Source of the DNA: Nemertoderma westbladi
Taxonomy: Eukaryota; Animalia; Xenacoelomorpha
DNA length: 64,000 bases
Direction of reading: 5' to 3'
NCBI GenBank assembly: GCA_032718475.1
Contig: JAUCBJ010000981.1
Span: forward strand, 23,308 to 87,307
Shown: positions 37,543 to 50,076 of the stretch, one piece after another
Position numbering within the stretch: position 1 is the stretch's first letter
Layout: the number at the start of each line of letters is the position of its first letter
Translations under genes and position numbers: made by a program
The notes under the pieces: generated by a model
The model's database searches: none
The model's input: only the letters and a program-made list of their open reading frames with translations
Told to the model about the DNA's origin: nothing

Positions 37543-38365
37543 ACTACTACTACTACTACTAGGTCGAGCGAACTCGGACAGTGGAAATGAGAACCTTCCA
37601 GGCTCCCCGATTCTCTATAGTTGTCGCAATTTCGTTTCTCCCAAGTTCAGCATCCCTTTCAAGTTGATCTATTTATGTTATTATGGCTGGTCATTCACAA
37701 CTACACTTTCCATGCATGAGTTGGTTGCCAGAAAAGTAGATCTGGTATGACCTCGTCTTTACTTCGCCAGCAGTGCCCACTGAATCTTAATCTACGTTCA
37801 CGGAGGGTGGTTGATACAGGTGGTATTGTACCATAAAGCTCGGTGTTTGTCATGTGTTGTCTCCAGCTGATGTTTAGGGCTGCCCTTAGTAGTTTTGTGT
37901 AGCAACCATCAATTTGTTGTTCAAGTGATTTAGTCAGTGTCCAGGTCTCACCCCCATAAAAAATACACTTTCCATTGTGGCTCGAAAGAACTTAGTCTAC
38001 AGGTGCCTGGGCTGGAGAGATCTGTTTCCAGATGGTATCCATTTTTGATAGAGCTACCCAAGCCTTTGCTTTCCTAACTTCTATGTCCTTTTTCTACTAC
38101 TCTCTATCCATGATCCTAGATACTGTAAGTTGTCAACCTTTCTTAGTTGATTATTATCAATGGTTATCAAGTTTCAATCAACATTAAAAGTCATTAATTC
38201 GGTCTTGGTAGCATTTATATGCAATCCAACCTCCTTAGCAGCCATCTCCAATTTATTTAGTAGAAGCTGTGTATCTGCTAGCATATTAGAGAGCAGGTAA
38301 TGTCATCCGCAAAGTCGGTGTCTGTGACTGTAGTTGCTGGATATCTACTACTTCTGCGCTCTTGA
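37543..38365 (-). mobile_element. RTE family B 3' fragment, diverged
   Basis: (CTA)n tail followed by ggtcgagcgaactcggac, as at 56190; colinear with 56190-56997. Confidence 0.9.
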
Positions 38366-38501
38366 CTATAATTTTTATATTAACATTAACAATGTACAGC
38401 AGTACAGCAACCTAACAAATTAGGCCTAGCTGACACCTGATGTTCTAATACAGTTTCGTAAGCGGCCCTCCCGCACTAACTTAAGTTATATAACCCTTAT
38501 A

Positions 38502-39440
38502 ATGGCTCCCAAGCCTGATGTTCAAGCCATCACAGCCAGACTGGACAACCAAGACAAGATTCTTAAGTCCCTAGCAACTGGTATCCAGAAAATTTCATTC
38601 CAACTTATCCAACTTAGTCCAGCTGTCGGTACCAACCCAGCTGTCGGTACCAACCCGCCAACTCTTGCTGATAAAATAAACTTCCTCCGTCAGGAGAATC
38701 AGTCCCTTAAGGATGACTTAGTGGAATCCAAACGCAGTAACGACTCTCTAAGTCAGTACATTAACAGGAATAATGTGCTTATTCACAGAATACTGGAATC
38801 CAATACAACCAGCGATTGCAAGCAGATTCTCGATATCTTAACTTCAGTTGGAATCAAACACTACCAAGTCGATGTTATCCACTGCCTTGGTAAATCCACC
38901 AATAGAGTTGGTACCAAAAGTAGGCCAATCATAATACGATTTCTTGGCTACTCACCGACACCGAGATATAATCTATTTAGGGAGAAAGATAAACTTCCTC
39001 CTAATGCTTACCCCTCCAATTATTTAACCCCTTTCCATTCATCCCTCCATCGCTCCACTACCTCACTAAAGAAAAAGCATATAGTCCATACGGCCTGCCC
39101 GTACAATGGCAACATATTCGTTCACCTTGGAAAAGATACTAACCCTATTCTGATCATCGACCACCAGAGTGATATCGCAAGATATAATCTATTTAGGGAG
39201 AAAGATAAACTTACTCCTAATGCTTACCCCTCCAATCATTTAACCCTTTTCCATTCATCCCTCCATCGTTCCACTACCTCACTAAAGAAAAAGCATATAG
39301 TCCATACGGCCTGCTCGTACAATGGCAACATATTCGTTCGCCTTGGAAAAGATACTAACCCTATTCTGATCATTGACCAGAGTGATATCGATGGTATTGA
39401 GTCCGACCCCAAAGCTACCAGTCATGTCCTACGCGGATGA
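38502..39440 (+). pseudogene. LINE ORF1-like protein (coiled coil + RRM + CTD) with a 216-bp internal tandem duplication
   Basis: Coiled coil followed by NRNNVLIH and RPIIIRF; the block at 38964 repeats at 39180; no ORF2 follows. Confidence 0.7.
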
Positions 39441-41929
39441 AATATGCAGAAAGACAGAGATCGACCTTGCAACTCCATGGATCGCACCACCAGATACTGA
39501 TACCAACGTAATCTACATGAACTATCATCTCGTTCCACCACATCGGGGCAATCTGTTTCGCCTGTTAATCTTGATCAACGCGCAACTGGTGGACTTTCCG
39601 ATACTCTCTTGGCTACTCTACTGGGTCCATGCTCAACATTTCTAGCTCTAGTACCTACCTAGGCTGCACTCTGTCATCTACAATTAATCAATCAATAATA
39701 ATAATTAATAACACTTTTTTCCTTTATTCTACATGGAATAGGTTATTCTATGGATTGGACTGTTGTATGTAGTGTACTATATGACTAATGTTGAATACTG
39801 GTTGGTACAACCAATATAGCTAGGGTGACGGGACCGGTATTAATAAAATTGATTGGAAGTATTTCAGGATTGGGATATATATTCGATATCAGGTGATGGA
39901 TGGGTTTTAAATAATAAGTGATTAATGGTATTTTTTTATGAGGATTATTTGTTATATGTAGAAATACTGTTCATATATATAGGTTTTCAATATATATATT
40001 GGGATATATTCGATATTAGGTAATGGGTTTTAAATAATAAGTGATTGCAAGTCAGGGTTTTTTCTGAGGATTATTTGTTATATATAATTCTATCATTTAG
40101 TTTTTTCTCACCTTTTCTTTGTCCAAATATAATTTAGGCCCCACTTCATTATATTTTTTTTTGCATCAAATATCCTTATTTTTTATACTTCACCCATTGG
40201 AGGAGCGTTTGTGATTCTTTTATCTTTCTATACAAATTATTTTTTTTTTCTTAAGGTCTAGTGTCAGCAATAGCGGTTCGGTTTTGGTCTGTTGGTGTAA
40301 AAGTTAACATGCCCCATATTGCCAGCTGATACAGTGGAGTTTATACCCAGACGATGAAGGAATGTAGGAAGGTGGATGGGAATGTGGGAATTAATAAACG
40401 CTGTTATTACCCTCCAATTGAAGGAAAAAAGCAGGTTACAGAAACAGGGTTTTCTAACCAAAACAATAAACGATTTTGTTACCTACCAATTGAGGGAAAG
40501 GAGAATGTTACCGCGGCTGACTTTTCTAACCAAAACAATAAACAACCAGCGGGCACCTTCCCACATTCCCATCCACCCACCCACCCATGTGGCAATAATA
40601 GGTTGATAAATAATTAGCATAAACATAATTATTTAAGTACTATTAGTAGTAAGAAGATTGTGATATCGTGTTAAAGTTAATTGGGAAAGCAATCAGCTGT
40701 AGTTGTTTAATTGGAGCCGTAATTGTGTCATGGGGGAGAGAGTACGAGAAAGGGAGAGAGGGAGATTGCGTGATGTGTAGTGTAGGTTGAAGTGAGAGAG
40801 AATATCGATACTTTTTATTTATTGATTTAACAGTATATTAATTATTGTGAGAGTATATTATATTTGCATTTAACTGATTTATTACATTATACTCAAACTC
40901 AGCTTTTGTTTACACCCACCTTCTTACTACCGTCCGACTGACTGATCAATAGATCATCCCCCTCAAAAAATAAAGGACATCGCGCACGCGCATAAAACAC
41001 TTAATAAAGATAAATTTAATAAAAAATATCGACCAATAAAAAATCGACCGAAAAGTGAAATCCTGGTATTCTTCACATGGGCGGTATTCTTCACATGGGC
41101 CGGCTCCAAAATTTGGCACCAGAGGAGTAGTATTTTGAAAAAAAAAATTAAATAGCGTGAAATGTAATTCCGAGATAAATTGCTTCAAAATTTGAACCTT
41201 CCCGCTCAAACCTGACTGTCTGTAGTCTGTTAATCGGTCAGTAATGTTTGACACTATGACTTCATACCAACTCACTAAAATTATCAACATGGGGGTTTTA
41301 GGGGTCAGTGATTTCCTTTCTGATGTCAGTTTTAATGTTTGGTGGTATCTAATACGTCTGTCTGACAGTTTGTCTGTCTCTCTGCCTTCTAAATTTTACC
41401 GGACAAACTGGTAGACGGAAAGACAGCGATAACTCGAGAACTAAAAAAGATCTTGCAAATCGGTTTTCAGATTTAACTCCCCATTAAATTCTGCATCAGA
41501 TGAAATAAAAAACAAAAATGTGACAATTTTACCCACGGAGGGGGTGACCGAAATCATTTATTTCCCTTGCTTTTTACCAAGGCGATTTAGACTTTCCATA
41601 ACCCCTATAGAGTTTAGACCCGTCAAGTCAAATCACAATTTTCAAAATTTATTGTCAAAATTGGTGTGTACAAACATCTGTGAGTACTCACATTATTCAT
41701 TTAAATATTATTTTGTAGTATTTGCTGGATGTGGGTAGAGCCTAAAAAATAGATGAAAAGGGAATATCAAAATTAAACGGTATATTATAGGAAGGGATCT
41801 AGGGGTCTTAACCTCGAATGATAAGTTTATTTTACCGAAAATAACTTATCTTCTATTGGTGCAAGGGTAGTGTACAAATTTTAGGAAACGCGTAATTTTT
41901 AATGAAATTAATATCTCATACCTCTCCAA

Positions 41930-41972
41930 ACCACGTACGCGTTTCGACATTACTGGGTCTCATCAGCGTGGT
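41930..41972 (-). ncRNA. Minimal type I hammerhead ribozyme
   Basis: accacg CUGAUGA gac-ccaguaau-guc GAAA cgcg UA cguggu: 6-bp stem I, 3-bp stem II, palindromic ACGCGU stem III, GUA triplet. Confidence 0.88.
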
Positions 41973-42036
41973 GTCGGATTCGAACCTGGGACCTCGAGGT
42001 GGAAGCCGAGACTACAACCACTAGGCCACAGGTTCT
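41973..42036 (-). promoter_or_regulatory. tRNA-derived Pol III internal promoter (A and B boxes) directly upstream of the hammerhead
   Basis: Minus strand has TGGCCTAGTGG (A box), a CT-TCC-AC anticodon-like loop and GGTTCGAATCC (B box); T and acceptor stems are broken. Confidence 0.8.
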
Positions 42037-42515
42037 TGAGATATGGTATTAATTGAGATTAGATTGATGAGGTATTAATTTCAAATCCAGCTGCCATAAC
42101 AAACACCTCGATAAATACAGCTTGCCAACACACATTGTTACTATCAATAAAAAAATAAAACGGGGAACACGGCATTACAATTTGAATTTATACTGTCTGC
42201 GGGGCGGGTACTGATTGGATAAATTCATAGTTTATTTTTGACATTCTTGTCGGCTTTTATATATTTTGTATTCATTAATAACTAACGTTTATTTCTAGTT
42301 GCTACAAACCTGCCAGACGTTTATTTCAAGTTGCTACAAACCTGCCAGGAAAAACTGACATTCGCCCAAGAAATACTTTGTGGTCGCAAGATATTGAGCT
42401 TATGTGCCTAGACACGATATAGTTTTTATTGAGTGTAAGATTGGGCACACATGGTTTTAGGCCCAAGTTTATCAATCACCAATTGGGCAATCTATCATGC
42501 AACAAACATATCGTC

Positions 42516-43244
42516 ATGGATATTGAATATCTGCAAATGCTATTGGTTGCTGTTTCTATAGTTACAGAGAAAGTTATAAAGGTTTCATCTATGGATTGTT
42601 TGCACGAAAATACCATGATTACTTTTAGGTCAGCTCGCCCAGATATCATGCCCGACACACCATGGTTTGAAGAACGCCCAGGAGTCAATACAACGGGTTG
42701 TACTTCCTGCCGAATGTTTTTCTCTCAATTGACAGGATTATACTTCGTAAACAGCGAAGAGATCAAAGGTTTGGCGTACAGCAGGGAACAAACCTGCGTA
42801 ACGGAGGAGGTCTGTGAGGAGATCTCCAATGAAGACGAATGCAGGGTGAGATGGAAGGATTTTCATCCTCGAGGTCTAGAACCTCATGAGGATGATGCCT
42901 ACACAGTCCGTGTCCAGATGACACGTCCAAGTTGTCAGACAGTCTGTTGCAACGGGCCAGGCGACTGCAACAAAGTTGAGGACCGAGAGTGGGAACACGA
43001 CTACCTGTTCCCAAACGGGACCGTGGATTGGACCGATTCGAAGTTTGATCCGGTTACAACAACCGAACCGGTTATAACAGTAAAGTCAACCACAGCTGAA
43101 CCGGTTACAACAACCGAACCGGTTATAACAGTAAAGTCAACCACAGCTGAACCATACACAACGACATCAAGTTGGGCAAATAATCTCAATGGAGCTGTGG
43201 CTTCTGTTTTGGTGGCAGTAACTATTCATATTAACTTCTACTGA
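42516..43244 (+). CDS. Putative Ly6/uPAR (three-finger)-like secreted or GPI-anchored protein with a Thr/Pro-rich stalk, 242 aa
   Basis: Uninterrupted ORF from the ATG at 42516; hydrophobic N-terminal stretch; 10 Cys ending CCNGPGDCN; two copies of the 17-aa PVTTTEPVITVKSTTAE; hydrophobic C-terminus after SSWANN. Confidence 0.7.
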   Translation: MDIEYLQMLLVAVSIVTEKVIKVSSMDCLHENTMITFRSARPDIMPDTPWFEERPGVNTTGCTSCRMFFSQLTGLYFVNSEEIKGLAYSREQTCVTEEVCEEISNEDECRVRWKDFHPRGLEPHEDDAYTVRVQMTRPSCQTVCCNGPGDCNKVEDREWEHDYLFPNGTVDWTDSKFDPVTTTEPVITVKSTTAEPVTTTEPVITVKSTTAEPYTTTSSWANNLNGAVASVLVAVTIHINFY

Positions 43245-45167
43245 TTTTCAGTAAATTGATGTACAAACTTTAATGATCATTATGTTATCTTCGCCCTCAA
43301 GCGGCAGACTGGAGAACTGCAGACGGATTGGCCTCCTCTGATTGACACTACTGATGGAACTGAAATTGTTAATAATGAAGCTGAAAATTATACACTAAGA
43401 AATCTTTTGGAGAAATCCTCAAAGTATATTATTCAAATCAAAACTTACCTTAACAAGGAAAAATTATCAATAAATGTAAAAAATATAATTTTGTACATCA
43501 TGTTGGTAAACTTTTATAATAGGCTCATACGAAGCGCAATAGTCGATTTAGTTGAGGAGATATTCAAAACAAGAATCGAATGATTATTTCTTTAGATATT
43601 GTGTGAAAAGTTTATGCTTGCTCAACTTGACCCAAGATATCAATCTATTGCACCCGCACATAAGTTTTGAAAAATATATCAAGAACTATTGACTTTACTA
43701 TTGATTTTATTGGTGTCTATACCCATCATTGCGGTCGAATGAGACTATTGTTTAGTATGTGAGCTAATTGGAAACTAACAAATTGGAAACGAAAGTAACG
43801 AATTGTTTTTAGTTAAAAACGCCTATATTGCATACGGTATCTCAAAATAATGTCGATTTGAACAGAACCTTTTTTTGGAAATATATCGAGAGCTTTTCAC
43901 TATATTATTTTCTCTATGGTGGTATCAACATTCAACAACACCCACTAAATCGATTATTGTGCATCGAATGAACCTAGTATCAAGCTCATACAACCATAAA
44001 TAGTATCAAACGATGTATTTTGCGTATTTAGTGCCAGTTTCTTTTAACTGTAAACCTTCAAAATTTGAACTCACTTGGGGTAGCACACGATAAATTTGAT
44101 TTAAATACAAAATGACAGTTTAACATTGTTTCTAATCATAAACTCTTTCCATTACAAATTACCAAGCTTATCATTTTTTTGTTAAAAAATAGTTTTGTTT
44201 CACGAAAAATGAGGTGTGGAGTGAAATAGTGAAATTTCACCCAATAGTTAATTTTACATATTTATTTTTCTTTCCAGACGAACTTTTTTTTCGAGCTTTA
44301 GCATCACACAGAATGGAATAAAAGCGGTTCCTTAAGAACAATAAAATAAAGAGTTTGGTAGTTTTCATCAGGAATTTATCAAATTGTATTTCATTGGTGC
44401 CGGGCCAAATTTGGTTCTCCCTAAATGGGCACGACCCTTCAGTTTCATATTTTGAGATTATTCCCAGTCGATTCGTCAGAGACCCAGGAAACGATTTTGA
44501 AAATAGTAATATAAACTATATAACTCATATTACCTCAACTCATTTTGAAAATGTTGAGTTCCATGCCTCATTTCTGGAACCATACAGTAAATGGTATATT
44601 AAATTATATTAGTCATTTTAAATGGAAATTTGGGGTAGGTACTTATTGGAGGAAATATTTCTCGCTTTGACTATAAATCAATTCCTGAATGTCGATTAGT
44701 ACTCGGAATGCTTGGCCGGGTAATTGATCCATGTTATGTTTAAGTTTCTCGAGTTAGACCTAGGGGGAATTATTTATTGGTCATAATTAAATCTTAATGA
44801 CACATTTTATAACTTGTTAATTTAGCGCATCAGTAGTACAGAGTACTCTACCCAGCCAGTAGTGAGGCACTACTGCTGGGATCTAAAAGGGATCTCAATT
44901 TTGTATATTTATTATAGATGCAGATTTATTTTATTGGTGATATTTAGGCCTACTTGTTTTGGTAGAAGGTTAAATATATGTGCTATATGTTGATTATATC
45001 TCTAACATGCTCTATTATATATATATATAAAAAGGGTTCGTTAATTGCTTATTAATAATAATAATTATTATTACTACTATTTATCTTATTACCTGTAACT
45101 ATACGACTAACCTTTCCTTCTTAGGATAACAAGAGACCATCTATCCCTTGTACTTAAGACTTCTTTA

Positions 45168-46100
45168 CTGTGGGGCGAGACACATAGTGGGCGAGTATTG
45201 ACATACGATTCATATAGGGCAAATGGGGCATGTCCTTTCTGTCCGTCCGTCCGTCTGTCTGTCTGGTAAATGTTCGAACGCGAACTTCTCGGCATCGTTG
45301 GTTCGGAATTGAACCAAGCTTTTAGTAGGTAAGTAAGTAGTAGAGGAAAAGTTTAGAAAGTTTGTAAAGTTTGGTGAAAAATCATGCAGTCTGACGTCAG
45401 CTACGACAGATTATGTGGTTTTTAGGAAATGTTAAATTTCTCGGGAACGCCTCATTTTCCTGAGCTGAAACTTTGGTTGCCTGTAGAGAATCTTGAAGTC
45501 TATCTTTTACGAAATTAAAAAGTTAAGACATTTAATTGGGGATCCTCTAGAGACTCAGAAGTAATGACATAGGCCTACCGGTACGGTACTACTGTACTGT
45601 GCAGCACTGGTAAGTAAGTACGAAATTGCAGAATAACAATATGACAACACCTAGCGGAGTAATATATGATTGTATATCGAATGAATACAATTATAGTATG
45701 GGTTATGGGGTCCGAGCCACGAAGTTGGCGGATCCTTTGCGAACTGATTCTATCTATCTATTAGGGGGGTAGGTGAATTATGGCAAATAGTTAATTCAAT
45801 AATGGTACTGTATGTCATCGTTGGTCGAAAATTAATAGGCATATCAATAAGACCATAAGTTGAGATTTTTTTAGGGACTTTCAGACACCATCAAATCAAC
45901 ATTCTCTCGTTAGAGGGCTACATGTCTAGACATTAAATATCCTCACATTTATTTTCTTTAGACCCGTTCTGAAGACCATTAACTGTTTCATTTAAAGGAG
46001 GCTCATCCGTCTGCAGTTCATCTAGTCTGCCGCTAGATGGCGAAATATCTCAAAGTGCAATCATTGCTTTAGCCTAAACGTACTTGTCAGATACGAGCTA
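45168..46100 (-). mobile_element. Two HINE-like fragments in reverse orientation
   Basis: tgtggggcgag plus (GTCY)n at 45169-45264; cgagccacgaagttggcgga at ~45713 and homology to the 19900-20440 repeats; limits approximate. Confidence 0.6.
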
Positions 46101-46398
46101 GAACACGTCCAGTGTGTTTGCCGGGCTACCAGTTCCACCTCACCACTATTCCAGCATATTGTAATTCTATAGGACATGCAATAGTGTTAGCCTTGTTTAT
46201 CTCGCAAAATGATTGGCCTAGTATTTAATGGAGATTCTCTAGAATAAAAATAGCTAAATAATTTTGTTGCGACATCGACATGGTAAATTAATATTTCAGT
46301 ATCAATACTAAAATGTCATAAGGTAAGTATATAACGAAATATAGTAGCGAAATATAGTACTTTTAAAGCACCGATTTTCTGTTAATACCTGCCTGTCA

Positions 46399-47469
46399 TC
46401 AATCCTCTGTGTGCCTTTGTGTTGGTGTGCAGATTAAGAGGGGGTTGAAAGCGAGCAACTTTCCCCTCTTATGATTTATTTGCGGTTTGGTTAATTTCTT
46501 AAATACCGATTTTGTGATAGAATTGCTCAATTTTAATTTGTTTCTCATAACTGAGCCACGTGCTGCGCGAAGGCTCCGACTAGAACGCTTGTTCCTTATA
46601 AAACCGTCTCGCCTTTTCTGACCACATACCCTCATGCATGATTTGCTAACTGCCTGCACTAGCAGCTCTACCCCCTGGGTGCAGCAAGGGTAGCCCCACT
46701 CTAGAGGCCTCACAGTCAACTGTGATAGCAGGTCACTTTTAGCTTCATTTTCGTTAAGATTGGTGGTTAATACAAATTCTTACATTACAAGTTTATTATC
46801 AGTTCATTATCATTAGTTTCATTACAAGTTTTTGGAGGGTTACGATGATAAACCCGAGGATGATGTTCCAAGGCAAAGTTCTCAATGCGTATCTTACATA
46901 TGATGTCATATGTAAGCTGTCTTTCGGATTTCAAAAGAATGGGAAGCTATAGCATATGAACAAGAATATTCTCAATATGGGTGTAATATGCTCCATTCTT
47001 TAAAACAGGGAATACAATTTCCTATTCTGCCTGAGTAAGACAGTTTTGGGAAAGCTGTATCATTTCCAGAAAGTGGCGTGCTCCATGGTGAATTTTTCAA
47101 TTTTCTTATCATGAGCCACATTGTAGCATATATTTGGATTGTAGCAACTTAGTGAGATAGTACATTGGAAGGGTCTACTTCTGTCACATATAAACGCAGA
47201 ATTCTCGAGGCAGTTGTGAGCCATCTTGCATGATTTATAGGACCTGTTTTTTTCTTGGCTAGACCTTCATTTATAATACCACACACATCACAGCTTTGCA
47301 AATATCAAACAGATATCGTTGATCAGTAGAAAGCTTTGTAAGCTGTGATAATGGAAAATCGGGAAATCCATCATTCCATATTGGTAAATATGCAACAGGA
47401 TCCCAAATTATCATCACAGTATCAGCACAACTTCGTGAATCTACATCATTATTTATTATATCTGGGTTT
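46399..47469 (-). pseudogene. hAT-superfamily (hATx/hATm-like) transposase C-terminal relic
   Basis: LSTDQRYL, GPINHARWLTTASRILRLY and YPCCTQGVE..RDGFIR; several stops; the subfamily call is from memory of motifs. Confidence 0.6.
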
Positions 47470-47478
47470 CTGCAGCCA

Positions 47479-48578
47479 GTTGCACCAAGCTCCACTAGCC
47501 GCTTTAGTGTTAGTGAAAAGTGCTCAGTGACACTAACCTACACCACGACACCACCCAAAAAGCTCTTACCGTTGCACCAAGCTGCACTAACCGCTTAGTG
47601 TTAGTGAAAAGTGCTTTAGTGACACTAACCTTCACCACCCTAACAGCTCTTACCGTTTCACCAAGCTCCACTAACCGCTTATTGATAGTGAAGAGTGCTT
47701 AGTGACACTAACCTACCCCACCCTAACAGCTCTTACGGTTGCACCAAGCTCCACTAACCACTTAGTGTTAGTGAAAAGTGCTAAGTGACACTAACCTTCA
47801 CCACCCTAACAGCTCTTACCGTTGCACCAAGCTCCACTAACCGCTTATTGATAGTGAAGAGTGCTTAGTGACACTAACCTACACCACCTTAACAGTTCTT
47901 ACCGTTGCACCAAGCTCCACTAACCGCATGGTGTTAGTGAAAAGTGCTTAGTGACACTAACCTACACCACCCTAACAGCTCTTACCGTTGCACCAAGCTC
48001 CACTAACCGCTTATTGATAGTGAAGAGTGCTTAGTGACACTAACCCACACCACCCTAACAGCTCTTATGGGTGCACCAAGCTCCACTAACCGCATAGTGT
48101 TAGTGAAAAGTGCTTAGTGACACTAACCTACACCACCCTAACAGCTCTTACCATTGCACCAAGCTCCACTAACCGCTTAGTGTTAGTGAAAAGTCCTTAG
48201 TGACACTAACCTACACCACCCTAACAGCTCTTACCGTTGCACCAAGCTCCACTAACTGCTTAGTGTTAGTGAAAAGTCCTTAGTGACACTAACCTACACC
48301 ACCCTAACAGCTCTTACCGTTGCACCACACTCCACTAACCGCTTATTGATAGTGAAGAGTGCTTAGTGACACTAACATACACCACCCTGTCTTACCGTTC
48401 GTTGCACCAAACTCACTATTAACCAGTAAGTGTCACTAACTAGATAGTGCCGCATACTTAGTGACACTAACCTACACCACCCTAACAGCTCTTACCATTG
48501 CACCAAACTCACTAACCAGTAAGTGTCACTAACTAGTTAGTGCCGGATACTTAGTGACACTAACCTACACCACCCTAA
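47479..48578. repeat. 83-bp tandem repeat derived from the Harbinger terminus (~13 copies)
   Basis: gttgcaccaagctccactaacc at 47821, 47904, 47987 and onward; further variant units at 50673-50870. Confidence 0.93.
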
Positions 48579-48759
48579 CTGCAGCCGGTTCCACCAACTC
48601 CACTAACAAATTAGTGCCACTAACCCCTTAGGGTGGTGTTAGTAGCACTAAGATAAGTGGCACTTATTTTAACTGTCCCACGACGACCACTAACACTAAC
48701 CCTATGCTTAGTGGCACTTACTGCCTCCCTAAAAGGAGCACTAAGCAGGGAGCACGACA

Positions 48760-49210
48760 TCTATAATAACTCTGAGAACTTTCATGGTGTTGGTGAGGGT
48801 GTTGAGAGTGGTGTGGTATCCGTGACGCGGCATCCCCATGATGATGAGGAAGATGAAAGCGCAGCTGCTGCACGGGTTATTGAATATGGAGCTATGTTGC
48901 AGGAAAACCAGGCAGTAACAGCGACACTGACCACAATAAATGACAAGGATACTGTCACCGAACTTCCAAAGACTAAGTCAATAAGCAGTGGCAAGCGATC
49001 TAGAGTTGCAGAAAAAAGCCTGGAAGAGCTCCATTTCGTTGTCTTGGAGAGTGAGAAGGAGAAGTTGCACATATAGAAGGGGAAGCTGCAAATGGAAACG
49101 GAGGTCATGCTTCTGAAGAAGGAATGTATGGAAATTAAAAGAGATATTCTTTTCCTCAAGCGGGATAAGTTGCAGAATGAGATTCGTCGTGTGACACAGG
49201 ATAATTGTTG
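48760..49210 (+). pseudogene. C-terminal coiled-coil remnant of the Harbinger Myb/SANT-type partner ORF
   Basis: SLEELHFVVLESEKEKLHI*KGKLQMETEVMLLKKE, convergent with the transposase; the SANT domain itself is not visible. Confidence 0.5.
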
Positions 49211-49536
49211 GGCGATGCAAGATATCTTTGAGAATAATTATACGACTCTGCATTTGTGAACATGTTAAATTGACAATGGAAATTATTTAATTAAACGAAA
49301 CAAAAAAGGAACTTATAAATAAGAGAGTATATTAATAAGTTCATTGATCCTACAGAATTTTCATAAGCTTAATAAATAATTAGCTGATTATTAAATAATA
49401 TATGTGGAAGCAATTAAACAAGTTTTCATCTGAAGATCGTGTTTGTTTGTGCCTGTTGAACCCCGTGTAAAACTTTTGCAAATTAAATACAAATTAATTT
49501 GGCCAATAAGCAATTGCAATCAAAATATTTATCAAA

Positions 49537-50076
49537 TTAAAAATACGTGCGAACAATATAGTCACGGAATCGTTTTCCATCCTTAAACTGTTCCTGCAGT
49601 CTAGCCGGCAATGCTGGTGAATTATTAGCATCTGGGTCACAGTCGTCGTCGAAGTCAGGCTGTTTTCTTTCTTTGGCAATGTTGTGTAGTATGAAAGCTG
49701 CAAGTAACGTTTGAATAGCGCGTTCTGGTGCCACACGAAGGCCCATAAGTAGTCCACGAAATCGTCGTTTCAGCTGACCGAAGCTCTGCTCAATCTTAAC
49801 ACGACCTATCTTCTGCTTATAATTGTATTCCTTCTCCATCGTCGTTTGTGGATCAAGGAATGGAGTAAGTAACCATGTCTTCCCGTTCCCATACCCACTA
49901 TCGCCAAGAAGAAGTCCGCCCAAACACCCAGATTCAAAGTCCATAAACATCTGGCTTTGCTGTAGAATGAAAGAGTCATGACAACAACCAGGCCACTTGG
50001 CATATACGTGTATAAACTTGTAGTCTAAGTCACATACTGCTTGGATGTTGAGCGATTTGTGGCCTTTGCGGTCCAT
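49537..50076 (-). pseudogene. Harbinger (HARBI1-like DDE_Tnp_4) transposase, C-terminal half
   Basis: RKGHKSLNIQAVCD, WPGCCHDS, LLGDSGY, IEQSFGQLKRRF, LHN. Confidence 0.92.

Noticed and set aside
41965-42036. Functional tRNA-Gly(TCC) gene
   Set aside because: T stem and acceptor stem do not pair; treated as a SINE-type head
42429-42515. N-terminal 29 aa of ORF 42429..43244
   Set aside because: It starts at TTG; the ATG at 42516, which precedes a signal-like stretch, is the plausible eukaryotic start
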